Assembly (NCBI GenBank): GCA_048128005.1
Contig: JBEUKZ010000062.1
Location: 248,001-312,000 of the forward strand
Source of the DNA: Veleropilina oligotropha
Taxonomy: Eukaryota
DNA: 64,000 bases
Reading direction: 5' to 3'
Part shown: positions 43,313 to 53,251 of the stretch, piece by piece
How positions within the stretch are numbered: the stretch's first letter is position 1
How the letters are laid out: the number at the start of each line of letters is the position of its first letter
Notes under the pieces: model-generated
The model's input: only the letters and a program-made list of their open reading frames with translations
What the model was told of the DNA's origin: nothing
Databases searched by the model: none
Made by a program: the position numbers and the translations under genes

Positions 43313-43675
43313 AAATGCTCTATCGTTGGGGCTTGCAGAGCGAAGACGTGTTTTTCTGCAAATCCACCTCCCATGTTTACCGCGACATAGTGACGGCTCG
43401 GCGCATTCAATGCAAACCACAGTATTTGGGTCGGGGGGAGCCCCCACCCAACAGTCATTCTCTCCGATAATAAAGTAGTGGCACGAGGGTGGGGATACAT
43501 CAGGGGGGTCTCGTAGCAAGTTTCTTCGCAGGGGGTCAAATAGTATATTGTACAGGGGGTGGTTCCGGTACCTAGCCCACGTGTGTTCGAGAATTAATGC
43601 GGTGTCGCGTGACGACGCCTGGGTGGCACCCGCTGGCCAGCACACCGCGGCAATACACAGTAGCATGGATTTCAT
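43313..43675 (-). pseudogene. Probable viral Cys-containing ORF (~120 aa) cut by the LINE and in frame with LINE ORF2
   Basis: The first ~120 aa of ORF 41162-43675 do not resemble a LINE EN N-terminus and are GC-rich like the viral block. LINE motifs begin at IPRKTRNGDGVAV. Confidence 0.5.
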
Positions 43676-43772
43676 GGCTGTCCAGATATCACTGTCTGAG
43701 TTCGAGCTTTAATACGGGGGAGGGGGAGGGGGAGAGGGGGGTAGTCCCCCACCCCACGCTCAACCTGGATGG

Positions 43773-44405
43773 TTAGTCTCCAACCCCTATTTTTTTCAGC
43801 AGCTCTGCGCGTCCCTCTTTACGACCACACTCAAGAAGCTCGCTTTGGGTCTGTGAAACCGCGGTGTGCGCCTTTAGACTTTTGAGACGCAGGGTGGCTT
43901 TCATTGTCCGATATTTGGCCATCTCGTCTGTGACTAGTTGGAATTCGTCGTCAGACATCTCCCCATCCGCTAGGGCCTTTGACACGTGGTCATTTATGGT
44001 GTTCAGCTTGCTTTCGGCCAGTACTCGTATCTCGTCGTGCTTCTTAGCCTTCACTTGGAGGCGGCGGCTAATGTATTTCCCACCCATACTTGCGAGCCCA
44101 CACCCTAACGCCGCTAATGCCAGCACTAGGACAACAGGGGCCGCAACGATCGTGGACAACAGTCCGATGCCGGTGCTACCCATACCAAGGGTGGCAACGA
44201 CCAGGGCCGAATCGATCCCGTCAATGACATTAACGCCTCTTCGGTACTTCTTGTATAGGGCAGCCCTTGTGTCCCTCTCTCTTTCTAACTGTCCCTGAAG
44301 CTCATTCGCCTTATGTAGTCGGAAAGACTGTGCCTCCGGCAGTTCCGAAGGCACATCGCCACCAAGTTGTGGATACAGCGTTGGCGCTGAGGGTTTGTTG
44401 TCCAT
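43773..44405 (-). CDS. Helical membrane-associated protein typical of animal Polinton/adintovirus-like elements (possibly the 'GasderminX' class)
   Basis: Intact 210 aa: LYPQL..FRL.K..E...LE.E...R...YKKY.R, then two Gly/Ala-rich hydrophobic helices, then KAKKHDEIR and a coiled coil. Family assignment is from recall only. Confidence 0.6.
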   Translation of the reverse strand: MDNKPSAPTLYPQLGGDVPSELPEAQSFRLHKANELQGQLERERDTRAALYKKYRRGVNVIDGIDSALVVATLGMGSTGIGLLSTIVAAPVVLVLALAALGCGLASMGGKYISRRLQVKAKKHDEIRVLAESKLNTINDHVSKALADGEMSDDEFQLVTDEMAKYRTMKATLRLKSLKAHTAVSQTQSELLECGRKEGRAELLKKIGVGD

Positions 44406-44776
44406 TATTCGTGGCTGTATTGTTCAGCCTGTTGATTCCGAATGTCTACCGTAGCCGTAACGTTCAAATACAGGGTGCCCACCCAGGGGGCCTTGATGGT
44501 GAAGGCGAGGGCCAACTTGTCCGAATCCAGGCCAAGGCTATTTATGGAGGTCGCTTTGGGGGCGCCCCCGGCCGGCTGGACCGGCGTCATGTGGATCATT
44601 AGAAGGGCTGGGTTCAACCCAAACCGACCTCCAGCGTTTGGGATCATGAACTCCCTCCTCGCCAGCCCCTTCTTGGGCGCTTCCCCACAACTAAGAACGA
44701 AGTGCCACTGGGTCGCTGAAGGCTCATCTGCAAGCAGGGGGGGAGGGTCCCGTAGATGCTGCTCATTGTATTTCAA
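44405..44776 (-). CDS. Hypothetical viral protein, 123 aa, beta-rich
   Basis: ATG-started ORF overlapping both same-strand neighbours at their ends. Confidence 0.55.
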   Translation of the reverse strand: MKYNEQHLRDPPPLLADEPSATQWHFVLSCGEAPKKGLARREFMIPNAGGRFGLNPALLMIHMTPVQPAGGAPKATSINSLGLDSDKLALAFTIKAPWVGTLYLNVTATVDIRNQQAEQYSHE

Positions 44777-45500
44777 GGACTGCGGTAATGGGCATGCCGT
44801 GGTTGTCTATCGGGTTACCGTCTGGATATGTGACATAGACCTTCAATTGTGTGAGAACCCCGGCCTGTAGTCGCCGAAATTTCGGATAACCGTGGTAGTG
44901 GGCAGCCTCACCGAACATCTGCGACGTTATAGGGACCACCGCGAGAATATTGCTCGGGGCGCCGTCCTTCACATTGTATGTTGTACTGAGCTGCTCTAGG
45001 TGAACGTGTAGGGTCAAGCCTGCAATGGCAAACCCTACCAGCTTGTCCCCGTCATAAGTCCCGGGGCGTAGCCACTCTGATCTCTCCGGAGGAGGTCGGC
45101 CCCGTACGCCTCGAAGGGGTGGGTGCGGATTCCCCGATTTATCGAGAATAAACGAAGAAAGGTTTAAGCCGAGGAGCTTCCGTATATCGTCGCTTATCGC
45201 GAGTCGAGTCCCCTCTGGGACCACGACTCGCGCGAGTCCCGTAGCATGGCTTACATCTAGCTGTATGTTAACTAGCGACCTCTTCATTGTCTTGGCGAGG
45301 GAATCGAAGCTGTAGAAACCCGGTGCTACCTCCACGGTGGTATTGGGGGTTAGGAAGAAGGCTCCTGCGTGCACGTTGTGCCAACCGACCCAATAGTCGA
45401 GCGACCGCAAGCCGACACATAGCTTTCCTTCCCGGTTATAAATCGGTTGCAGGAGGGGGACCGCGGTCCCCGTTTGAACGTTTGTTACGATGTGAAACAT
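44763..45500 (-). CDS. Putative minor capsid protein (penton, single jelly-roll)
   Basis: 245 aa with a Polinton penton-like pattern: VGL.SL...W.NV, V.PG.YS...L, LLG, SNILAVVP, then F..L......L.V.V...DG..ID.HG.PIT..LEI at the C-terminus. Confidence 0.7.
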   Translation of the reverse strand: MFHIVTNVQTGTAVPLLQPIYNREGKLCVGLRSLDYWVGWHNVHAGAFFLTPNTTVEVAPGFYSFDSLAKTMKRSLVNIQLDVSHATGLARVVVPEGTRLAISDDIRKLLGLNLSSFILDKSGNPHPPLRGVRGRPPPERSEWLRPGTYDGDKLVGFAIAGLTLHVHLEQLSTTYNVKDGAPSNILAVVPITSQMFGEAAHYHGYPKFRRLQAGVLTQLKVYVTYPDGNPIDNHGMPITAVLEIQ

Positions 45501-45504
45501 ATCT

Positions 45505-46800
45505 ATGGCTAAGAGCGCCTTTGCTTTTAATAGGAGTGCGGCCTATCCGACCGGTGTGGTGTACCCAGCCCGGATCAAAGATGAGCAGCTTACAAGACCA
45601 AGCGTCTTTGTCTCCTCGTCTGAGTCTCCCCATCCTGCATTCGGGGCAGACTACCCCGACGTCTTTCAAAAATACCGCCTCCCTCACGTCACGAGTGATC
45701 GGCTAATATGGGATTGGAACAGCACGCCCATGCGGTTTTGGCAGAACAAGGTCAACTTCGCAGTCTGGTGTGCTACGACGGGTTCCGGGGTATCCGCAGA
45801 AGACCACTTGAATGCAGCCGACCCCCTGACCAGAGCCGTATTCACCTTCCACGTCTACTATCAGGTCAGAAGGATCTTGTCCGAAATTCAGGCGCCGCTG
45901 CCTCAAGACACGACGTGGGATGCATTCGACACCCCGTATGACCGAAGGGCATATGAGAAGATCTGCAGCGAATTCGGAGTGTCTCCACACACCGACTGGC
46001 GAGTCGAGGGTCCCAATAAAGGGCTCGGCACCGCTTTCAGCTACTGGACGAACAATGGCTACCACTCCATAGGTCGTGCGTATGATCCCAGCCGAATGTC
46101 CTTCCCCAAAGGGACCACCAACACGAATCTGCACGTGGACTACATCGCGCAAGCGCCTGCGCTTACAAACGGATGGGCTTCGTTTATTCTGGACACCTCG
46201 GCGGTGTTTACGAGGGCTGGCGTGGAATGGCTCAATGATTCCATCAGGACCTACGTCTGGGCTATTCTTGGAGCGCAGGCTCAAATGCGTGCAAGCATAC
46301 TGGGTAGTGGGACGGCATTTGACGCGCAGAAACAGTTCCTGGCGAACGTGGAAGATGCCATCGCATCGCCAGTGGACCTCCCAGCAGCAATCAAACGGTA
46401 CCAAGACGTTTTGCAGTATGCCAGGTCCAAGGTGGACTTCGTATTCGGCGTAGGCCTTTATATGGCGCCAAGTGACATGCTCCTGCGAATAGGGCAGGTG
46501 GCAGTGTATAACAACGAAATCGTAGTTGCCACGGAAGACCAGACACTCGGTCTTAATATGACTGTCAACGCGGCCAGTGTTCCACCCGACGCCACTGGGG
46601 AGACTGGAGAAACAGGACTGGTAATTCCACAAGACGAGGTCGCAGTCTTACGGGCAGATGCTCCGAAGTATCCAAATGCTTCGCCGGCTGTGGCCGCGGG
46701 GGCAGCTGTGGCACATGACGAGGAGAAAACCGCACTCATCGTGGGCGGCGTTGTCGTTGGCCTAGCGTTCATCTGGCTGGCAGCACCCCAAACTGGCTAG
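45505..46800 (+). CDS. Hypothetical viral protein, 431 aa, C-terminal transmembrane anchor
   Basis: Long intact ORF, aromatic-rich (FWQNKVNFAVWCATTG, FHVYYQVRRIL), ending ALIVGGVVVGLAFIWLAA. Confidence 0.75.
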   Translation: MAKSAFAFNRSAAYPTGVVYPARIKDEQLTRPSVFVSSSESPHPAFGADYPDVFQKYRLPHVTSDRLIWDWNSTPMRFWQNKVNFAVWCATTGSGVSAEDHLNAADPLTRAVFTFHVYYQVRRILSEIQAPLPQDTTWDAFDTPYDRRAYEKICSEFGVSPHTDWRVEGPNKGLGTAFSYWTNNGYHSIGRAYDPSRMSFPKGTTNTNLHVDYIAQAPALTNGWASFILDTSAVFTRAGVEWLNDSIRTYVWAILGAQAQMRASILGSGTAFDAQKQFLANVEDAIASPVDLPAAIKRYQDVLQYARSKVDFVFGVGLYMAPSDMLLRIGQVAVYNNEIVVATEDQTLGLNMTVNAASVPPDATGETGETGLVIPQDEVAVLRADAPKYPNASPAVAAGAAVAHDEEKTALIVGGVVVGLAFIWLAAPQTG

Positions 46801-48062
46801 CGGCCATAAGAAGCAAGCCCCCCCCCCCACAGATATAATCACAGCCCACAGGTTCTCAGCAAGCCACGATGCTGTCTTGCCAACTAGGTTGATAAGCCAG
46901 GAAATCAGGCTTCCAATCATGCCTGGGAGTGCGGCAGCCACCTTCCCTGCTAGTTTGCCCCGAATCCGACCCAGGGTCCGCAGGTTCTTTTTTACCCACT
47001 CCTTCATGCCTTGACCACTGGAAGGTGGTGGTGGTTGTGGTATGCTCGGCGCTCCGCCTGTTAGGGCTAGTACCAAAGTCGAGATGGCCATACCAATCGC
47101 GGTCAGTATAGTCACGATCGTGACCCCCCTGCTCGCGGAACAGGGTCCGGACGCGCTCGGCCAGCGTTGTGTCCGACTGGAGAATCCGACTTATCATCTC
47201 TCGGATCCGGCTGATTTTAGAGCGAAGGGCTTCCCAGCTGGACCCGGCTGCCTCTAGGCGAGCTGCTCGTTCATCCTGTAAGTTGCGCAGACGTTCCGCG
47301 ATTCGTCGACGAACGAACTCCTCCACACCCCCCCCTTCATCTGCCTGATCCAGCTTCCTCTTCTCCAGCTCTATGTGTTCGTCCAGCGCCGTGAGTTTTG
47401 CCAGGTTGTTAGTTAGCTCGCCTCGGATTGTCTGCATGGTCTTGTCAAGCCCGCGAAGCTCACGAAGATTTAATGGGGGGGTCCCCCATCGTGCTCAAGA
47501 TTTCCTCAACCTCGGCATCTGTGAAAGTTGTCTCCATTCGGTGGATTGCTGCTGATGCCTTTGTAGCCGTTCGCCCCAAGTCGTGCAGTTCTACGCTGTC
47601 TACCTCGGCGGCTGCTCCGCTCAACTCATTGTCGGCTGTCGGAAGAGCTGCAACGGCTTTGGAGGACGTATTTTTTTTCTCCCGCTTCCAGTCTACAAAG
47701 CCCAACCCCTCCCGGATCGCTTTACCCCCACCTTTCCGGTTAGTTATTGTTTACAGCGCCTTTGGTTTACCGTCTATAGTGAGATCGATGTCGGGGTAGT
47801 CCGTCAACACCAATTTCCCCCCCCCCAAGTACTCGAACTGGGAATAATCTCGCCCCGTGGCGGGGGTTTGCCCCTCCCGTGCCAGGGCGTCGTAGTAGTC
47901 ATCAACCGCGTCCTTCACGAGCTTTTGCCACTGACTGCTGGTTCCTTCCTGTGGCCGTTCCGAAAGAACAGGCACATTCCAGTCAGTGGATTGTGCCGAC
48001 ACTTCCACATCATCATCGACGGCGCTGTCGGGATCGAATGTGGGGTTCTCGAATTCAGCCAT
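46769..48062 (-). pseudogene. Coiled-coil plus multi-hydrophobic-helix viral membrane protein, broken into four ORFs
   Basis: 47751-48062 and 47460-47705 share a frame across one TAA. Frameshifts at G/C runs (~47478, ~47127, ~46822) join PLNLRELRGLDKTMQTIRGEL, REQGVTIVTILTAIG and ISVGGLLLMAA. Confidence 0.75.
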
Positions 48063-48101
48063 TTGAATACTACAGCTTGGATACTCATCTAAAACGACAA
48101 C

Positions 48102-49405
48102 ATGGCCAGCCTATATGGACGCAAGCTTGACCATACCGCAGACTGCGAGAGCCCCTCGGGGTCAAGGGTATCCGACAGTCGGTCACCATTACGAACAACC
48201 CCTCCACGATCGCCGCCAACCAGCAGCTGTTGGTGCGGTTCCCGAATCTTGGGACTCATGACGTGATCGTTCCAGGGACTGCCCACCTCGCATTTACCAT
48301 CTCACTTACCTCGGCTAACCCAAACAGGACCGTAGTTCAGAATATTGGCCGTGCCGTGGTCAAGAAGACCGCGATCAAGATTAGTGGCAACGAGATTATG
48401 TCTATAGACGACTCCGACGTGTATCACTGCTACTGCGACCTCTGGTTAACGCCTCAGGAGCGCAAGAACGCCCAGTACCAGGGTATTGATACCAGCAACG
48501 GACAAAATACTACGAAGCATCGTATCGGCTCAGACGACGCCTTCAGAGTTTCTGAGGATGTGGCCATCTCGGACGCGTATGGTAATAGGTTCCGCATCCC
48601 GTTGGATTTCGAGTTGCTGGAAAGCCATATGCCGTTCTATCAGAGCGCGTTGGGAGACAGGCTCGAGTATGAACTCACGTTCAACGACTACTCCCGGACG
48701 ATCAAGAATACGGACGACCCCGGCTCCAGCTACAGCATCGACAGCATTAGCCTTGAATACGACGTGGTCACCCAGGTAGAACTTGCCAGACTGATTCGCA
48801 ACCAGTACTCGGGCCGCCTCGTCATCCTCTACGACCGTGTGCTCCGGCATCGTAAGCTCACCTGGGACAAGAGCGACACGCTGTGGAATCTTAACCTGAA
48901 TGTACCGGCGAGGTCCATGAAAGGGATCCTACTGCTGTTTGAGGATCCCGCGAGAGACGCCGGACCATTCGCGAGGGACACCGAGGCCTTCTGCAACCCG
49001 AAAATCACCAAGGTCGAGGTCACCATTGAGGGAGTCCCGAATCAAATCTACAGCCAGGGCATGCATTCATACCAGGTGTGGGAAGAAGCCAAAAAACTGT
49101 TAGCCTCCAATCCGACCAGCAAGCGGCATCCTGAGGTGGCGCTGGTGGCCAAATCCTTGGCTCTGGTAGACGTCACCCTGGGCGAGTTCTTGACCAAAAA
49201 ATTCGCGCTCTGGATAGACCTGCGGGTAACCGACGACGATCAGCTGCATGGGTCAGGCCGGAGGATAGCGAACACCAGCGAGGGCGTCACCATCCAGATA
49301 ACTAAGACAGGCGAAGCCGCCGGCCCGTTGAACATCTACCTGTACGTGATCATGGATGCACAGCTGAACATCGAGGATGGACGCTTTGTCACAGCACTGT
49401 ACTAG
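48102..49405 (+). pseudogene. Putative double jelly-roll major capsid protein (~434 aa), 1-nt frameshift near 48131
   Basis: ATG at 48102 gives MASLYGRKLD. Restoring one C gives PYRRLREPLGVKGIRQSVTITNNPSTIAANQQLLVRFPNL, continuous with ORF 48230-49405. Beta-strand-rich, MCP-sized and directly upstream of the packaging ATPase. Confidence 0.72.
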
Positions 49406-50009
49406 ACGGTTTCCGCACACCAAGGACCCCCACACCGCGCTCGTATGTGGCCAGACCGGTTGTGGGAAGACGATTTTCATACTGGAACTGCTGAAAGGGG
49501 AGTATCGAGGCGTGTTCCGGCACATAGTAATCCTCTGCCCCACGATCAAGTTCAACAAGGCATACCAGTCCTGTCCGTGGATCTGGACTGACCCAGAGGT
49601 TTATATAGTCCCCCCCGGTGAGCGACTCCATGACTGGTTGCGGGGGTTCTACCGGCTGTTTCAGGGGGAGCCGGCCCTCTACGTAATCGACGACTGCGCC
49701 GCCAGCAAAGCCCTCGCCAAGAGGAGGGACATGCTGACTGAGTTGGCCTTTAGCGGGAGGCATGCCGAGCAGAGTGTATGGGTGGTGACGCAAAAATATA
49801 ACTCGGTCTTGAAGGAGCTCCGCGAACAAACCCGCTGGGTCGCTCTCTTCCACTGCAAAGACCGCGATAGCTTTGAAGACTGTCTTCGCGAGAACGATGT
49901 CATCGGGTCGCAAGATGAACGGACTGCTGTGCGCCGACTGTTGGCAGAGACCAAACACGCTAAGCTTCTGTTGAAAACTGATCAGCCCGTTGCTTATAGT
50001 GTGCTATAG
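49377..50009 (+). CDS. A32/FtsK-HerA family DNA packaging ATPase
   Basis: Walker A GQTGCGKT, Walker B YVIDD, Arg-finger GRH followed by the VVTQ motif; 210 aa. Confidence 0.92.
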   Translation: MDALSQHCTRRFPHTKDPHTALVCGQTGCGKTIFILELLKGEYRGVFRHIVILCPTIKFNKAYQSCPWIWTDPEVYIVPPGERLHDWLRGFYRLFQGEPALYVIDDCAASKALAKRRDMLTELAFSGRHAEQSVWVVTQKYNSVLKELREQTRWVALFHCKDRDSFEDCLRENDVIGSQDERTAVRRLLAETKHAKLLLKTDQPVAYSVL

Positions 50010-50071
50010 CATCTACTTAGCAAGCTAGGCATCTACCAGGCATCTCCTAGCAGCTACGTAGCTAGCTAGGC

Positions 50072-50281
50072 ATGTCGGACGCTGTATACATAGCTTTTGC
50101 TTGCAGCCAGAGCCTTCTGTTTCTGCTACTTGTTACATTGTGGTATTGGCATTATCGCTATATTAGACTGGCGAGGAGATGTTGGAAACGTTTAAGGATG
50201 GACAGCCTCATCGATCAACTCATGGAGGACGAACAAGAAACGACCGTCACCCCCCGGGGGGAGGCCCACCCCGCTCGATGA
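50072..50281 (+). CDS. Small single-pass membrane protein (69 aa)
   Basis: Hydrophobic N-half (LLFLLLVTLWYW) followed by basic residues. The 3' part may belong to the next, frameshifted gene. Confidence 0.45.
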   Translation: MSDAVYIAFACSQSLLFLLLVTLWYWHYRYIRLARRCWKRLRMDSLIDQLMEDEQETTVTPRGEAHPAR

Positions 50282-50843
50282 CCGATGGCGAGGAACCTGA
50301 AAGTCGCGTAGCAAAAAAGCGGGAGAGGCTTGCGGCCTAGCCATTGGAGGGGGGGGGCCCACAAATACTTGGGGAGCAACCTCACAGTTGACCGGATCGA
50401 CGCGATGACCGACGAAGAGATTGACAAGCACCACGCGCGGTACGAAGCCAAGCTCGGTGCCGAAATGACGAAAACCCTGGGGACTGCAGCTATTCATCTC
50501 TACGCGAGTGCAGCGGGGACAGTCTTGCCAATTTCGCCAGAAAACCAGCTACGGACTGATCGCCGACCTGGAGGCCGACCCTTTCATCTCTCACGCGCTG
50601 TGCACTGCAAGCTGTGAGCTGTATCACAAATACGGCATGTACCTCGCACCGCTGACCGCAGCGTTGACCACGGCTAAGCACTGCCAATTTGGACATGTTT
50701 GCCCGCCTAAGATACCAGAGCGAGGGCGAGATCAAGATGACAACGCTGGAAGTGGACCAAATTTCGGCACCGAATCCGCCGATAGAGAGGGTGACCCAGC
50801 CGATAGAGAGGGTGACTTCTTCGACAGACTCATCAGTGAGTAA
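50278..50843 (+). pseudogene. Hypothetical helical viral protein, frameshifted
   Basis: MTDGEEPESRVAKKRERLAA, then GGAHKYLG...YEAKLGAEMTKTLG (50330-50617), then LIADLEADPF...LAPLTAALTTAKH (50508-50843) read as one protein across frame changes. Confidence 0.6.
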
Positions 50844-51276
50844 AAAGGACCCTAAGAAGGTGGCTGCGGGTCGGGCCAGTGCTGCTGCTCGGAAAGCCAA
50901 GCAGGAGAGGCTCCTTGCCGACGTTAGAAGACTCAAAGAAGACGCTCGACAAGTATCCGTCAGCGAAGTTCCTTCAGACCTACCGGAGGCACAGCCCAAA
51001 CACAGTGGTAATACCCCCCGGGCCGAGGTGACCGCGGTCGAAAAGGACGTTCGCGCCGTACAGTCAGCTACACGAAAATCGGACCCATTTAATTGGACCC
51101 ATGGACTCTTTGCTGCAGGCAGGGTTGCGTTGTTATTTGTTGTTTGGAAACGCAGCAGTGGTTCCTCCACACCACATCAACAGCCACCAGCACCGGCGAG
51201 GCAGCCCCAGAGGGCCTACCCCCCCCCCCGGCCCACCCCACCACCACCGAATTGGAGACTAGGCCAACCCTTTTGA
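50737..51276 (+). CDS. Basic low-complexity viral protein with KDPKKVAAGR motif and a hydrophobic segment
   Basis: Lys/Arg/Ala-rich helix KKDPKKVAAGRASAAARKAK, hydrophobic VALLFVVW and a Pro-rich tail across a C run. Confidence 0.6.
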   Translation: MTTLEVDQISAPNPPIERVTQPIERVTSSTDSSVSKKDPKKVAAGRASAAARKAKQERLLADVRRLKEDARQVSVSEVPSDLPEAQPKHSGNTPRAEVTAVEKDVRAVQSATRKSDPFNWTHGLFAAGRVALLFVVWKRSSGSSTPHQQPPAPARQPQRAYPPPRPTPPPPNWRLGQPF

Positions 51277-51298
51277 TATGCCATGGTAGCAGTACAAC

Positions 51299-51538
51299 AT
51301 GACTACCCCGATTACTGATGGAAAAATGCTCGGCAATGCCGTCTATCATTCGGCCATAGTGTCTGGCCATGCCATCGGCTACTCACGCCTGACAAAGATG
51401 GTATTCAAGGGACCAAGCCCAAAACTGGACTTCACTGGTTATGATGTCGGAATGGTGGTCCTCGACGTAGCGCTCGCCATGGCGACGAAGGACATGCTGA
51501 TCAAGCAAGGCATCATTCCGGCCGACGTTTTGAAGTAG
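51299..51538 (+). CDS. Small hypothetical viral protein (79 aa)
   Basis: ATG-started, fills the gap in a co-oriented cluster, two hydrophobic helices. Confidence 0.65.
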   Translation: MTTPITDGKMLGNAVYHSAIVSGHAIGYSRLTKMVFKGPSPKLDFTGYDVGMVVLDVALAMATKDMLIKQGIIPADVLK

Positions 51539-51568
51539 TGGGACCTGCTAGATAATCGCAGCATTTCA

Positions 51569-52000
51569 ATGGCTTCCATTGCGATGCTGGTTGGGGGCGC
51601 TCTCGTCAACGCCCTCGCCTTCAGCGGGTCCAACTTCCTATTCTCGAAGCTACGCAGCTCCGGTGTTGATGAGGAGCATAAACGCCACGACAAAGCCGTA
51701 GAGCAGCTCCAGGCCGCTCAGACTACATGGTCACAAAAGCGGGCAGAGCGTCTCGATTGGCTGAACGTTGAACTTCGCCGCCAGGGTCATGCCGTTGGCA
51801 CATTCCGGGATGTTGACGCCGCGATCCGTGAGTATGCATTGATCACCAGAAAGAACCTTGACCCCGGTTTGGAGGGTAGCCCTGAGCCCGCCCTGTCTGA
51901 CTACTACACGCCGAGCGATGACCAGAAAAAGTGAGAGATCACCTTCGTCATCCTGGGGATGGCTGCGACCGGGTTGGTAGCCTACAAGCTCCTACCCTAA
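51569..52000 (+). pseudogene. Viral protein with N- and C-terminal hydrophobic helices; premature TGA at 51932
   Basis: MASIAMLVGGALVNALAFSGSNFLF..., then a coiled coil. The frame continues after the TGA as EITFVILGMAATGLVAYKLLP*. Confidence 0.7.
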
Positions 52001-52039
52001 TTTCCAGCGCGGACATTTTTTTCGCCGGGGGCACATATA

Positions 52040-52306
52040 ATGGGGCTCCCAGAAGAGCTGTACTGTGCTATGCTAGAGGTGGGCCTTGCCGCCCTTGGTA
52101 CTACGTCACTCGACTGCTGGCGGCGGAACGAAAAGACTATGGTGCGGTTCGCGGTCCTGGTGCTCTCCGGGGGCCCGACCAACCTACGGGCGACGACTGG
52201 GCAGCTTCCGGAGGTGGAAGCTGAAGCCTGTTGGAGACTGATCACGTTGCTGCAATACCTCGCAAGCCTCGATGGCAGCGAAGAAACAGAAGCCCTTGAC
52301 GGCTAA
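52040..52306 (+). CDS. Hypothetical viral protein (88 aa)
   Basis: ATG after CATATA, overlapping the integrase start. Confidence 0.4.
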   Translation: MGLPEELYCAMLEVGLAALGTTSLDCWRRNEKTMVRFAVLVLSGGPTNLRATTGQLPEVEAEACWRLITLLQYLASLDGSEETEALDG

Positions 52307-53251
52307 AGAACTCGACGAAACCCTCCGCAAGTACTACTACACAGATGGGGGGTTCCAGGGTGTCTCAGCTCTGCACTCAAGGCTTCCAAAAGGCGCAGCC
52401 TCAATAAAACGAATCAGGGCGTGGATCTCGACACAGGAGGTTGGTCGGTACATGCAGACGAAACCCCCTAGATAAGTATTTGGCCGTTTCACAGAGGACA
52501 GGCCCGGTGTGATCCACCAGGCCGATCTTCTCTACCTCCCACACGACAATGTCGGCCGTAAAACGTACAAGAATGCGTTGACCTTGGTCGACGTGGCCGC
52601 TCGCTACAAGGCGGCCAGACCACTAACATCGACATCGGCCAGCGAGGTAGCCAGGGCGTTTGCTGACATCTACAAGACCAACCCCCACCGCTTATCCTGG
52701 CCAAAAACGCTAATGGTGGATGACGGGCACGAATTCAAGAGGGAAGTATCCACTCTTCTAGGGAAGCACGGAGTTGATATACGACGTGCAGAGCCGGGTC
52801 ATCACCGATCGCAGGCATTTGTGGAATCATTCAACCGCCGGCTGGCTGAACGACTATTCAGGAAGCAAGCGCATGAAGAGCTGAGCAGCGGCCGGGACAA
52901 CCGCCAGTGGGTGTCCATTCTTCCAGCGGTAGTAGCAGACATGAATGCGATGCCAACACGACTAACCGGTCTTCCTCCAGCGAAGGCAGCAAGGATGTCG
53001 CAGGTTCCGCTAGTGGCGTCCAAACCACCCCCCCCCCACAGGAAACGCTGTTACCGATTGGCATGATGGTCTACATCACCACAAACGAAGAAGACCCGAA
53101 AGATACCGGGCGCCGTCGCGCAACGGATCCATGGTGGACACATAAGCCCTACCCGATTCGCCGTCGCGTATCGGAACCCCACCAACCCGCGCTCTACTAC
53201 ACGACATTCTCAAAGCATGGGTTCACGAGGTCGCAGCTGAGACCTGCCTAG
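52272..53251 (+). pseudogene. Retroviral-like (rve/DDE) integrase, Polinton type; premature stop at 52473 and frameshift at the C run ~53028-53038
   Basis: N-terminal YY..GGFQG..L...W; catalytic HQADL, VDDGHEF, VESFNRRL; LVDVAARY; C-terminal RRATDPWW...F.RSQL in the shifted frame. ORFs 52272 and 52509 share a frame. Confidence 0.92.

Noticed and set aside
43690..43770. Left terminal inverted repeat of the virus
   Set aside because: Only a ~9-nt low-complexity match (AGAGGGGGG) to the right end, and virus-like sequence continues to about 43313.
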